From contig JAXLZM010000004.1 in NCBI GenBank assembly GCA_046350855.1, positions 10,491-74,490 of the forward strand: a DNA stretch of 64,000 bases. Reading direction: 5' to 3'. This DNA is from Candidatus Anderseniibacteriota bacterium (lineage in GTDB: Bacteria; Patescibacteriota; JAUYIX01). The notes under the pieces were generated by a model. It saw only the letters and a program-made list of their open reading frames with translations. It had not been told where the DNA came from and searched no databases. This document shows, in pieces, positions 37,848 to 49,000 of this stretch. The position numbers were made by a program, and so were the translations under genes. Numbering within the stretch: position 1 is the first letter of the stretch; each line of letters opens with the position of its first letter.

Positions 37848-38321
37848 TTACTTTTGTAGGGCTGCCAGATCGGCCAGGACCTCGGCCGGATGTTCTACCG
37901 GCTTAACTTTGGGGTAGAATTTAGCGATTGTACCGGCTGGATCGATCAAAAATGACATGCGGCGGATACCCATATACTCGCGGCCCATAAACTTTTTGAG
38001 ACCCCAGACACCATAGGCTTTGATAGTAGTTTTGTCGGGATCAGAGAGGAGTGTAAACGGCAGCCCAAACTTTTTGGCGAACTTGGCGTGGCTCTCGACC
38101 GAGTCGGCGCTCACACCTAGAACGACCAATTTACTTTTTTTAAAACGCGGCAAACTATCCCTAAAACCACAGGCCTCTTTAGTGCAGCCCGGAGTATCGT
38201 CCTTGGGATAAAAGTAGAGTAGGACCCACTTGCCTTTGTAGGTTTTGAGGGTATGCGTTTTTTTGCTTTGGTCCTGGAGACTAAAATCGATCGCTCTTGC
38301 TCCAACGGCTAATTTTGGCAT
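37848..38321 (-). CDS. bcp: Peroxiredoxin, Bcp-type thiol peroxidase
   Basis: FYPKDDTPGCTKEAC is the AhpC/TSA active-site motif. Confidence 0.9.
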   Translation of the reverse strand: MPKLAVGARAIDFSLQDQSKKTHTLKTYKGKWVLLYFYPKDDTPGCTKEACGFRDSLPRFKKSKLVVLGVSADSVESHAKFAKKFGLPFTLLSDPDKTTIKAYGVWGLKKFMGREYMGIRRMSFLIDPAGTIAKFYPKVKPVEHPAEVLADLAALQK

Positions 38322-38341
38322 AGACCTAGTGTAGCAAAGCG

Positions 38342-39076
38342 CTAAGCCGGCTGCTTTTGTGTGAGATAGCGTTTACGAGTGGCCGCTGGAAACTTTTCTA
38401 TGGCGTAGCGCAACATGGTACGCGGCATATGGGCAGCGTGTGCCCGCAAAAAGCGCTCTTCGATGGCGCGCTCACGCTCCCCCACCTCGCGCAGCATCCA
38501 GCCCACCGCTTTGTGAATGAGATCGTGCCGGTCTGTAAGCAGTACGGTTGCGATGGACAGGGTGTCAGCAAACTCTCCTGCTCGGATAAAGGCTTGGGTC
38601 GCCAAGATGCTAATGCGCCGATCCCAAAGCACTCTAGAGCGAGCTAGCCTACGTAAGACCGCAAGACGCTGACTGTGAGAGGCGGTGGCGAGCAGATGCC
38701 GGCCCACGATGTGCGGGGCACTCGAGTCGATGATGTCCCAACTATTGATACAGCGCGTGTTGGCTAAGTAGGTCTCGTAGATTTTTTGGCGTTGCCCAGC
38801 GGTACCACGCTTGTAGAGCTCATTGAGGATGAGTACAGCGGCCAAACGATCCTCGTGGACCCGACTGCGTAGCAGCGTACGTGTCTGCACAAGCGGTAGC
38901 TCGCGGAACCGCTTAACCACGGCGCGTATGTGCGGGACGGCCGCCCCGATAAAGACGTCCCCCTCGCCATACTCGCCCGTACCGGTCTTAAAAAAGCCGG
39001 CCATGACGTGGGCTCGTTTGCTGTTGCGGAACCGTCGTAAGCTCCGCTGCACCTCCGTTGCTTTGAGTGTGGCCAT
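38342..39076 (-). CDS. DNA alkylation repair protein, AlkD-like HEAT-repeat glycosylase family
   Basis: The HEAT-like repeat protein ...WDIIDSSAPHIVG...HDLIHKAVGWMLREVG... The track ORF has been trimmed to the Met at MATLKATEVQ, which abuts the upstream gene's stop. Confidence 0.7.
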   Translation of the reverse strand: MATLKATEVQRSLRRFRNSKRAHVMAGFFKTGTGEYGEGDVFIGAAVPHIRAVVKRFRELPLVQTRTLLRSRVHEDRLAAVLILNELYKRGTAGQRQKIYETYLANTRCINSWDIIDSSAPHIVGRHLLATASHSQRLAVLRRLARSRVLWDRRISILATQAFIRAGEFADTLSIATVLLTDRHDLIHKAVGWMLREVGERERAIEERFLRAHAAHMPRTMLRYAIEKFPAATRKRYLTQKQPA

Positions 39077-39077
39077 T

Positions 39078-39857
39078 TTAGTCTCTAAAACGGTACTTAA
39101 AAATCGTCCAAAGTGCTTTGACACCGTCGCGCCAACCAATCTTTTTACCTTCGGCGTAGTCGCGGCCATCGTAGGAGATGGGCACTTCGTAGACGCGACA
39201 GTGTTTTTTGGCGACCTTGGCGGTAATTTCTGGTTCAAAATCAAAACGATCTGATTTAATCGTGATGCCCCGTAAAATCTCACTCCTAAAAACTTTGTAG
39301 CAAACCTCCATGTCGGTCAGGTTGAGGTTGGTCATCATGTTGGAGAGAGTCGTGAGCATTTTGTTAGCCACCATGTGCCAAAAGAGGTGCACACGACGCG
39401 CCCCGCCACCCCCAAAGCGGGTGCCAAAAACGACATCGGCCTTACCCTCTAAAATTGGTGCCAACAAATGTGCATACTCGCGTGGATCGTACTCGAGATC
39501 CGCGTCCTGGATAATTGCAAAGTCGCCCGTGATGTGTTGGATCGCGGTCCGCACCGCAGCACCCTTACCTTGATTGCGTTGATGCATGACCACCTTGACC
39601 TCAGGATAGCGCCCCTCGATCTTACTCGTCAGAATCTCCCGGGTGCCGTCCCGCGACCCGTCATCCACCAAAATAATTTCTTTTTGATAGGGCGTGGCTC
39701 GCACCCGGCGCACGATTTCTTCGATGGTCTTTGCCTCATTGTAGACCGGCACCAGCACGGACAAAACAAAATCCGTCGAGACGGGCTGTGGCGCCAGGCT
39801 CGTTAGTGTTGGGAGCGTGTTGGGTCTTGCGGTAGGTACGGTAGTCGTGGTGTTCAT
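39078..39857 (-). CDS. Family 2 glycosyltransferase, DPM1/GtrB-like
   Basis: [18 protein letters not shown]...[11 protein letters not shown]...[10 protein letters not shown]. The ORF has been trimmed to the Met at MNTTTTVP. Its ATG overlaps the TGA of the upstream membrane-protein gene (ATGA). Confidence 0.8.
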   Translation of the reverse strand: MNTTTTVPTARPNTLPTLTSLAPQPVSTDFVLSVLVPVYNEAKTIEEIVRRVRATPYQKEIILVDDGSRDGTREILTSKIEGRYPEVKVVMHQRNQGKGAAVRTAIQHITGDFAIIQDADLEYDPREYAHLLAPILEGKADVVFGTRFGGGGARRVHLFWHMVANKMLTTLSNMMTNLNLTDMEVCYKVFRSEILRGITIKSDRFDFEPEITAKVAKKHCRVYEVPISYDGRDYAEGKKIGWRDGVKALWTIFKYRFRD

Positions 39858-41332
39858 ACGGTTGAACCTGATCGTGGGGAGTATACCGGTTTTGTTTGGG
39901 TAAGCAACACGATTAAGCACGTCACCGTCAGATACAAAGTGGGTACCAGGTGCAGCATAAGTCGATCGAGCGAAGTCGTAATATGCCAGGTCAAATCGTG
40001 CGGACTGGTCACGTACACCACACCATAGGTCGCGAGTTGCGCTCCGAGGAGCCCCAGTGGGGCGAGCCACACTAGTGGCCGGCGCTGAGTGCGCCACCAC
40101 GCCACGACCACTGGTACAAGCAAGGTCATCGGCAAAATCGCCCACCCCCAGTGGTCCACCCGTGGCCACTCACTCAAAAACCAGTGCGTCACCTCGATCA
40201 CCTGGTTCAGATAAAATTGCACGGTCCGATTGAGCCCGGGCAAGAGCAAATCAACCCGGTAGCCCTGCCTCACTTTGATCCCATGCCATAGTACGACCGG
40301 CAGAACCAACGTTGCCAGGACCGGTAGCGCAGCGGTCGCCCACCAGATCAATGGCGTCGAGCGCTCGTGGGTCTCGACTGATACCACACGCCGCCGCGTC
40401 AACCAAACTGCCGAGAGTCCCACCACCAGATAGAGCAAGGCAAAGGCACTCCCCTCATTTTTGATCGAAAGTGCGGCCAGGGCCGGCGAGAGTCCCAACA
40501 AAAACCAAAGCCAAGGCGTTTGGCGGTTGGTGATGCGACTAGTTGCAAGACCCAGCAGCGCAACCGTCGCGGCCAAAAACAGACTAGCAAGGGGCACGTC
40601 TGCTAAGCCAAGGCCCGCAAAGAGCATGGGGTCCCCGGCCAGTAAAATCAAAAAGAGTGCTGCTCCGAGTCCAAAGATCGCAAAGCGTAAGCGTCGCTCG
40701 GGGTTCAAGACACGCTCCAGTGCACCACCGGTCAAGACAAGCAAGAGCCAAAAAAAGGTCACGTACGTAAGGGCGACGGGTTGCTCGCTCACCCCACCAA
40801 ACCATTGGTAGTGCGCCGCCACCAAGGCCGGGAACCCCAATGGATAATCTTTGTGGGCCGAGCTAAACAGGTCGCTCTCATAGAGTGTGTTAGGGACGTG
40901 CTGTTGGACATAGATGGCCTTAGCCTTGAGAACCCAAATCATTTTGGCGTCCCAGGAGGTCAAGGGGTAGAGCACTGCGTTAACCGCGATGGGTGCGACC
41001 AAAATGAGCGAGAGGAGGAGTAACCCAAGTTGTGAGCGGTTGGGTACGAGCAGGCGGACGAGGGTCCAGCGCCCGCGCGCCAACGCAAGCAAAAGGCTTA
41101 CCAATCCGACCACCCCAAAGCCCCAGGCTACGACTGGACTGGCAGAAAAATGAGCGTTGAGAAGCAGTGCCGTAACAAACGCCGCGTACACCCCCAGCCC
41201 CACTACCAGAGAAAACCCAATCGTAAGCAGGAGATTGAGCCGCAAACGCAGCACAAACCAAATTACGATCCCCAGGCCACCGAGACCCAGCAGCACCAAG
41301 AGTAAGGCTGTCTTAAGCAAGAGAATCGTCAT
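39854..41332 (-). CDS. Multi-pass membrane protein, a candidate GT-C-fold glycosyltransferase (PMT/ArnT/DUF2029-like)
   Basis: About 12 TM helices and 492 aa. It is translationally coupled to the GT2 gene downstream of it. Assignment rests on topology and context only. Confidence 0.5.
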   Translation of the reverse strand: MTILLLKTALLLVLLGLGGLGIVIWFVLRLRLNLLLTIGFSLVVGLGVYAAFVTALLLNAHFSASPVVAWGFGVVGLVSLLLALARGRWTLVRLLVPNRSQLGLLLLSLILVAPIAVNAVLYPLTSWDAKMIWVLKAKAIYVQQHVPNTLYESDLFSSAHKDYPLGFPALVAAHYQWFGGVSEQPVALTYVTFFWLLLVLTGGALERVLNPERRLRFAIFGLGAALFLILLAGDPMLFAGLGLADVPLASLFLAATVALLGLATSRITNRQTPWLWFLLGLSPALAALSIKNEGSAFALLYLVVGLSAVWLTRRRVVSVETHERSTPLIWWATAALPVLATLVLPVVLWHGIKVRQGYRVDLLLPGLNRTVQFYLNQVIEVTHWFLSEWPRVDHWGWAILPMTLLVPVVVAWWRTQRRPLVWLAPLGLLGAQLATYGVVYVTSPHDLTWHITTSLDRLMLHLVPTLYLTVTCLIVLLTQTKPVYSPRSGSTV

Positions 41333-41802
41333 TGCCGTACGTAGATAAAACAGCCCTCACCGATCGTTTTTGTATACTGCCGAGACGGCAGCGTTAATTC
41401 GGTCTCGGAGATAAAGGCTGTGCCCGGTTGGGCCTGAGTAAGTTCGGCCTGCAACTCGGTTGAACCCACCGCCACTTTTTTTGGCAGAACCGGATAGAGC
41501 TCGTAGTAGACCTCAAGGTCAAAACGCGAGGGTGGATCAACCTGCTCCCCTACGAGGACGATCGTGTCCGCCTGCTGTGCGACTTTTGTATGTTGGCGCA
41601 AAAAGCGTCGGACGGTGTAGTAAGGATCGTTTTGGTTAAAGATTTGTTCGGCCGAGTACTGACCGGTTTTAGAGAGCGTGGTCGGATAGGCGGTGCGCTG
41701 TACCCAATACAAAAAGAGCAGGCCATTGACCGTGGCAATCACGGCTAGGATCGTGATCGCTAGCTGTACTACTGGCTGTTTTGTCGCGTGTACCGAGGTC
41801 AT
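41329..41802 (-). CDS. Hypothetical membrane-anchored protein (157 aa)
   Basis: Single N-terminal TM segment. Its stop overlaps the start of the GT-C gene. Confidence 0.5.
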   Translation of the reverse strand: MTSVHATKQPVVQLAITILAVIATVNGLLFLYWVQRTAYPTTLSKTGQYSAEQIFNQNDPYYTVRRFLRQHTKVAQQADTIVLVGEQVDPPSRFDLEVYYELYPVLPKKVAVGSTELQAELTQAQPGTAFISETELTLPSRQYTKTIGEGCFIYVRQ

Positions 41803-41899
41803 GCGTGACGAGCTTAGCGCAGATCAAGTAACGGTCAACCCAAAAAGGCGCCCGCATTCGCGGGCGCCTCCAGAACAAACGCTCTTCTTAGACGAGACG

Positions 41900-42469
41900 T
41901 TACTGAGTCGCGTTGTTAGTGGCGTTGCTGGTGTTATTGGTCTCGTTGGTGGCGTTTGACGTGTTAGCCGGTGTGGTATTAGCGGCGTTACCCGTGCTGT
42001 TTGTCGCGTTCTTGGTGTCAGGGTTCAAGACGACGGGTGCCACGTTGATGATGCGGTTCTCCGAGGTACGGAAGATAATGGCCTCTGTGCTGTAGAGCAA
42101 CAAGGTGTCACCGTTACGAGCATTTTTGTAGAACGACTCGTTAGCCGCACGTAGCTTGTCGACATCCGTAATCGTAGCGACGGTTGGCTTATCCTCAGGC
42201 ACCAAGATCAACTTAGAAACACTATTGATCACGTTTTGGCTAGCTTCCTCAGCCAATTTAGTCTGGGCCTCAGGCTTCTTGAGGGACATGTTTTGCCAGT
42301 ACATATAGGCAAGTCCACCAGCGAGAGCGAGAACGAGGACCCAAAGAATAATGGTCATCGCGCCAAAGCGGCGACGAGAAGTTTTTTTTGCGGGAATTGG
42401 ATCTGGCACGGGGGTGAGAGGTGAATAATTAGTCCCCGTATCATAACGAGAGGGACCCTGGTACGTCAA
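41900..42469 (-). CDS. Hypothetical membrane-anchored protein with an Asn/Thr-rich C-terminal tail
   Basis: TM segment (MTIILWVLVLALAGGLAYMYW). The tail reads NATNSTGNAANTTPANTSNATNETNNTSNATNNATQ. Confidence 0.5.
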   Translation of the reverse strand: MTYQGPSRYDTGTNYSPLTPVPDPIPAKKTSRRRFGAMTIILWVLVLALAGGLAYMYWQNMSLKKPEAQTKLAEEASQNVINSVSKLILVPEDKPTVATITDVDKLRAANESFYKNARNGDTLLLYSTEAIIFRTSENRIINVAPVVLNPDTKNATNSTGNAANTTPANTSNATNETNNTSNATNNATQ

Positions 42470-42531
42470 CCAAACAGGTGCACAGAGCCATCAGAGTGGC
42501 AAGAATACATCGCAGCCGCTAGGATAAACAC

Positions 42532-43008
42532 ATGCGTAAAGCCTGGATTGTTCCGCTCCTGCTTATCATTGGACTGGTAGCCACCGTCGGCTGGATCATA
42601 CGCGCGCCGCGTCAGCAGTCATTTTTGCCGGCAGAACTGGCGGGTAAAATTACTTTTACGGTCTACGCCCCAAAAACAATGCCGACGGGGTTCAGCCTCA
42701 AAACGGACTCACTACGGTATCAGGAGGGTGTGCTGCTGTTGGATATTACGTCCCCCATCGCAGATGAACCCCTGGTCGTAAGCGAGCAAGCTCGACCGCA
42801 GGATTTTAAATTTGAAGATTTCTATAAAGATTTTTTTGGCAGCACTAAGACCACTAATGAATTGGGTGAGCTCGTAGTCGGGACTGTGCGCAATCAGACG
42901 ATCGCTAGTTTGCTAACGGACACAACGTGGGTCTTGATTACCGGTTCAAAAAACATCGAGTTTGCGACCGTCAGTGAACTGGCCAAATCTCTCGCACCGG
43001 TTAACTAA
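42532..43008 (+). CDS. Hypothetical membrane-anchored protein (158 aa)
   Basis: N-terminal TM segment (IVPLLLIIGLVATVGWII). It converges on the giant gene with a 16-nt gap. Confidence 0.55.
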   Translation: MRKAWIVPLLLIIGLVATVGWIIRAPRQQSFLPAELAGKITFTVYAPKTMPTGFSLKTDSLRYQEGVLLLDITSPIADEPLVVSEQARPQDFKFEDFYKDFFGSTKTTNELGELVVGTVRNQTIASLLTDTTWVLITGSKNIEFATVSELAKSLAPVN

Positions 43009-43024
43009 ACCGAGGTTCGTTGGG

Positions 43025-46000
43025 TTATTTCTTGCTGACCGTACAAAACGAGCCACGTTTTACTGTAACGGCTGAGGTTGCAACCTCGCTACGATAGCGG
43101 ACGGCGAGGGTACCGTTGGCAGATGGAATAATCGAGCCGGTAAGATGCACACCTAAGCGAGTAGCACCGCCACCTGTGGCAGGGTTGGTATTAGTATCGT
43201 AAGCCGTCTGGGCGGCATTATGCACAGCGGTTGCCGTCGTATCAGTCAATACTTCGTAATCAAGAGCGGTTGTCGTCGGACCGTTGAGGGAGAGTTGCAA
43301 TGCAGTAGTAGAAACAGCGGTCGTATAAGTCATGTCACATGAAAACACATAGGTGAACCCGCTCGTCACGGCTGTGGTCAAGCCTGTCACATCGGCAAAC
43401 GTAGTCGTACTTTGCGATACATCAGATGACACGTATAAGACCGTGGTCAGACAATCACCCCAAGCACCGTTTTCGTAGCAGCGCATCTTGTTAGCGTTAG
43501 AGTTATAGTACATCGCCCCGTTGGTACCAGTTGGATCACCGGAGCCTGTTTTGGTATCCAAGACAACAAGCGTACCAGTGGTATCGGAGGTACCGACGGT
43601 GACGTTACCGGAGCCGTTTGGAGAAAAGTTGAGGTCTTCGTTAGAGATGGTGGTGATGTCGTTGGTAACGCTGGAGAAGGTCAATTGACCGGTGGAGGAA
43701 ACATCAAAGTTGGTAAAGTCAATTACCGCGGTAGAACCAGAGATCGTGTTGCCACCCAAATCAAGGGCGTTAGTGATGTTAGTAGCGGAGGCATCGATGG
43801 CAGTGGTCATACTCGTACTGCTTGCTGCAACAAAGCGAAGTCCCGTTTTGTCGGTACTCGATTGGTTATCCAGTTGGAACAAAAAGTTTGAGTCCGTTCC
43901 TGAGGCGGAGGGGTTTTGGATGGCGATTGAGTCGTCCGCCGTGGTGAGTGGGATGGTGACGTTACTGCCGTCCACGTCGTTATCGTAGGCACTCGGGAGC
44001 GTGAGTGTACCGGCACTCGTGTCACAGTCTTTCCAGGCGCCGTTTTCAAAGCAGCGGAACTTAGCCCGTGCACCGCTATAGTAGACTGCCCCGTCAAAGC
44101 CGGTTGGATCGGTCACACCACCTCCAACACTTTTAACATCTACTCCCAACAAGTCTGGCGTTGTGGAACCGCTACCACCCGCACCGATCTGGACGTTGGC
44201 CGTGGTACCCGAGCCCGCGGGCTGGAAGCTCACGTTACCGCTCGAGGTGTTGAGGTTGAGGCCTGAGTTACCGTTGACCGTCAGTGCCCCTGCAGCGGTC
44301 GACCAGGTCGCGGCCGCGGCTGAGGTAAGCGTCAAGGCACCACTCGAGGTAGACCAGGTCGAGGCCGCTCCAGCCGTAAAGGTCAAAGCCCCGCTCGAGG
44401 TAAATTGCGAAGCCGCGGTGGGGGTCAGGTTGACGCTACCCGCACCCGAGGCGTTAAAGTTGCCTGAGGTCAATGTAAAGGCGATGTTGGTCGAACCAGC
44501 GGTCGTGATGGTAGCACCTCCGTTATACGCACCTTGCAAGGTAGTCACACCAACATCCGCACCACAGGCCCAGACGTCGGATGTTTCATTCCATTTAAGA
44601 ATTTCTGTATCAGCACAACCCTGGAGGAGCGCAACACCCGAGGCAAGAATCTCCATGCCGGAACCAGACGAAGTGGTTGAGGATAAGCCGTTGGCAGAGG
44701 GTGCGACGGTCAGGGCGATATCTCCGGCGTTGACCACGATGCCGCCGTTGGCCGAGACCACATCGATGGTTGGGGTGGAGCCTTCGCCCGAGGCATTGCC
44801 GGTCAAACCCGCACCCGCGGTAAAGCTGGCAACATAGTTGCCAGTGGTATCGGTTGTAAGTGCAACGGAGTCTGCACCCACCGTAAGACCACCGCTGAAT
44901 GAGCCCGTGATATCCCCCGCTGCAGGTGATTCACCCACGTTGACATACACTGAGTCGAGCGTACTGGTGTAGTTGGCGTCGGTGAGCACTGTACCGGTGC
45001 TACCACTGAGGGTATAGGTAGCGTTAGCCGACAAGTCACCGACGTCTACGGTACCAAAGAAGGTCGCACCAGCCGATTCAAGAATTTTGAGCTCGGAGGA
45101 AGCGTTGTTGAGACTGATATCAAAGGCACCGGTTTGGTTCCAGTCCGCCGTCAGAGGACCGAGCGCGATGTCATCCGCATTGACGGTGATTCCACTTCCT
45201 GCACCCACAGCCACGGTCGGGGTTGAGCCTTCGCTACTGACGGTACCAGTCAATCCTCCACCGGCAGTGAGTGTTGCGACATAGTTACCCGTGGTATCTG
45301 TGGTGAGCGCAACTGAGTCGGCGCCAACGGTCAGGCCACCAGAAAAACTACCGGTTATATCAGCTGCCGCTGGTGACTCACCCACGTTAACGTACACCGA
45401 GTCTAATGTGCCGGTGTAGTTGGCATCGGTCAGGACTGTGCCTGTGCTGCCACTGAATGTGTACGTGGCGTTAGCCGCCAAGTCGCCGACATCCAGTGTG
45501 CCAAAGAAGGTGGCGCCTGCGGATTCCAGAATCTTGAGCTCGGAGGAGGCATTGTTGAGGGAGATATCAAAGGCCCCGGTCTGGTTCCAGTCCGCCGTCA
45601 GAGGACCGAGCGCGATGTCGTTAGCGTTGACGGTGATGCCGCTGTTAGCGCCAATGTCGAGGGCGCTACCGTTGGCCGCCAAACCCGCACCGGCCAAGGT
45701 CGACTCGGAGATATCAAAGGTGGCGGTTTCTGGGTTATCGGCGCCGGTAATGGTTAAGTTCGTCCCCGTGACCAGCAATTGTAGGGTGTCGGTGGCCGTG
45801 TCCGCGACCGGATCGGTTCCTGAGGGAGTATCGATCGTGGCAAAGCTATTTGTGCTAGTGCCAGCAGTTCCACAGGCCCAGACGTCACTCGCCTCATTCC
45901 ACTTGAGCACCTCGGTGTCGGCGCACCCCTGGAGAAGCGCCACGCCTGAGGCAAGAATTTCCATCCCTGAGCCCGAGGAGGTCGTGGAGGACAAGCCGTT

Positions 46001-49000
46001 GGCCGACGGGGCGACGGTTAGAGCAATGTCACCGGCGTTGACCACGATGCCGCCGTTGGCCGAGACCACATCGATCGTTGGGGTGGAGCCTTCGCCCGAG
46101 GCGTTACCCGTAAGACCCGCTCCGGCCGTAAAGCTCGCGACATAGCTACCGGTTGTGTCCGTTGTGAGCGCGACGGAGTCGGCCCCGACGGTAAGACCAC
46201 CCGAAAAGCTCCCAGTTATGTCAGCTGCAGCCGGTGACTCGCCAACGTTGACGTAGACCGAGTCCAGGGTCCCCGTGTAGTTAGCGTCGGTTAAGATCGT
46301 GCCAGTTGAACCACTGAGCGTGTAGGTAGCGTTGGCTGCGAGATCGCCAACATCTAACGTCCCAAAGAAGGTCGCTCCAGCTGACTCTAAGATCTTAAGC
46401 TCGGACGACGCGTTGTTAAGAGAAATATCGAATGCACCCGTTTGGTTCCAGTCCGCGGTGAGCGGACCAAGTGCGATGTCGTCGGCATTAACGGTTATAC
46501 CGCTCCCAGCACCCACGGCAACCGTAGGAGTGGAACCCTCACTACTGACTGTGCCCGTGAGCCCGCCACCTGCGGTAAGGGTGGCGACGTAGTTACCCGT
46601 GGTATCCGTTGTGAGCGCTACAGCATCTGCGCCGACGTTCAGCCCGCCGGAGAACGAGCCCGTAATATCACCCGCAGCTGGAGACTCTCCGACATTTACG
46701 TAGACCGAGTCTAATGTGCCCGTGTAGTTAGCGTCGGTTAAGATCGTGCCAGTTGAGCCGCTCAATGTATATGTCGCGTTTGCAGAAAGATCACCCACGT
46801 CTAACGTCCCAAAGAACGTAGCCCCTGCAGACTCCAAAATCTTGAGTTCAGAGCTGGCATTGTTGAGAGAAATATCAAACGCACCGGTTTGATTCCAGTC
46901 TGCCGTCAAAGGACCCAGTGCGATGTCGTCAGCATTGACCGTGATGCCGCTACCAGCTCCGACCGCCACGGTTGGTGTGGAGCCCTCACTGCTCACGGTC
47001 CCAGTTAAACCTCCGCCTGCGGTAAGGGTGGCGACGTAATTGCCAGTTGTGTCCGTTGTAAGAGCCACAGCGTCGGCACCAACATTCAAACCACCCGAGA
47101 AGCTTCCCGTAATATCTCCGGCCGCAGGTGATTCACCCACGTTGACGTAGACCGCATCAAGCGTGCCAGTATAGTTAGCGTCCGTCAGGATAGTGCCGGT
47201 AGAACCGCTGAGCGTGTAGGTGGCGTTGGCTGCGAGGTCACCGACATCAAGGGTGCCAAAGAAAGTGGCTCCGGCTGACTCCAGAATCTTGAGTTCGGAA
47301 CTGGCATTGTTGAGAGAAATATCGAAAGCACCGGTTTGGTTCCAGTCAGCCGTTAAAGGACCAAGTGCGATGTCATTGGCGTTGACGGTGATGCCACTGC
47401 CGGCTCCAATGTCCAAAGCGCTTCCGTTAGCAGCAAGGCCGGCGCCCGCTAGCGTGCTCTCTGAGATATCAAACGTAATCGTCTCTGGGTTGTCCGCACC
47501 GGTGATCGTCAGATTGGTGCCAGTCGCCAAGAGTTGCACGGTGTCGGTCGCGCTGTCAGCAACCGGATCGGTACCAGCTGGGGTATCGATCGTGGCAAAA
47601 CTGTTGGTACCGGTGCTGCTATCTGCGCTACAGGCCCACACGTCGGAAGCCTCATTCCATTTGAGGATCTCTGTGTCTGCACAACCTTGCAAGAGAGCCA
47701 CACCGGAGGCCAGGATTTCCATGCCAGAGCCAGAGGATGTGGTTGAAGAAAGGCCGTTTGCAGACGGAGCAACGGTCAGTGCGATATCGCCCGCATTAAC
47801 GACGATACCCCCATTTGCAGACACAACATCGATGGTTGGGGTCGAGCCCTCACCGCTGGCGTTACCAGTTAGTCCAGCTCCTGCTGTAAAACTCGCGACA
47901 TAGCTACCGGTTGTATCCGTCGTTAGCGCAACCGCGTCTGCCCCAACGTTGAGCCCACCCGAGAAGCTTCCCGTAATATCACCGGCTGCCGGCGACTCAC
48001 CTACGTTGACGTAGACCGAGTCCAGAGTGCCGGTATAGTTGGCGTCCGTCAGGATCGTTCCGGTAGAACCACTGAGGGTATACGTTGCATTTGCAGCGAG
48101 ATCGCCTACGTCCAGCGTGCCAAAGAATGTCGCTCCTGCCGACTCTAAAATTTTGAGCTCGGAGCTTGCATTATTGAGTGAAATATCAAAAGCACCCGTC
48201 TGGTTCCAGTCAGCCGTCAGGGGTCCAAGTGCAATGTCATCGGCATTGACGGTGATGCCACTGCCGGCACCCACAGCCACGGTCGGGGTTGAGCCCTCGC
48301 TGCTAACCGTGCCGGTCAAGCCGCCACCGGCGGTCAATGTTGCCACGTAGTTACCGGTGGTGTCGGTCGTAAGAGCAACGGCATCCGCGCCGACGTTCAG
48401 CCCGCCGGAGAAAGAACCAGTGATGTCCCCTGCAGCCGGCGACTCACCTACGTTGACATACACTGCATCGAGGGTACCCGTGTAGTTTGCATCGGTAAGA
48501 ACCGTACCGGAACTACCACTGAGGGTGTAGGTGGCATTGGCCGCTAAGTCACCCACATCGAGTGTGCCAAAGAACGTTGCTCCAGCAGATTCCAGGATTT
48601 TAAGCTCGGATGATGCATTGTTGAGACTAATGTCAAAAGCACCCGTTTGGTTCCAATCTGCCGTCAGAGGGCCTAGTGCAATATCGTTAGCGTTAACCGT
48701 GATACCGCTGCCGGCGCCAATGTCGAGGGCGCTACCGTTAGCAGCAAGGCCTGCGCCCGCTAAGGTTGACTCTGAAATATCAAACGTGATCGTCTCGGGA
48801 TTATCAGCGCCCGTTATCGTCAGGTTGGTGCCGGTCGCCAAGAGCTGTAGTGTATCGCTCGCACTATCCGCAACCGGATCGGTACCCGCCGGTGTATCGA
48901 TCGTGGCAAAGCTGTTAGTGCCCGTGCTGCTATCGGCACTACACGCCCAAACATCTGAGGCTTCGTTCCACTTGAGTATCTCGGTGTCAGCACAGCCTTG

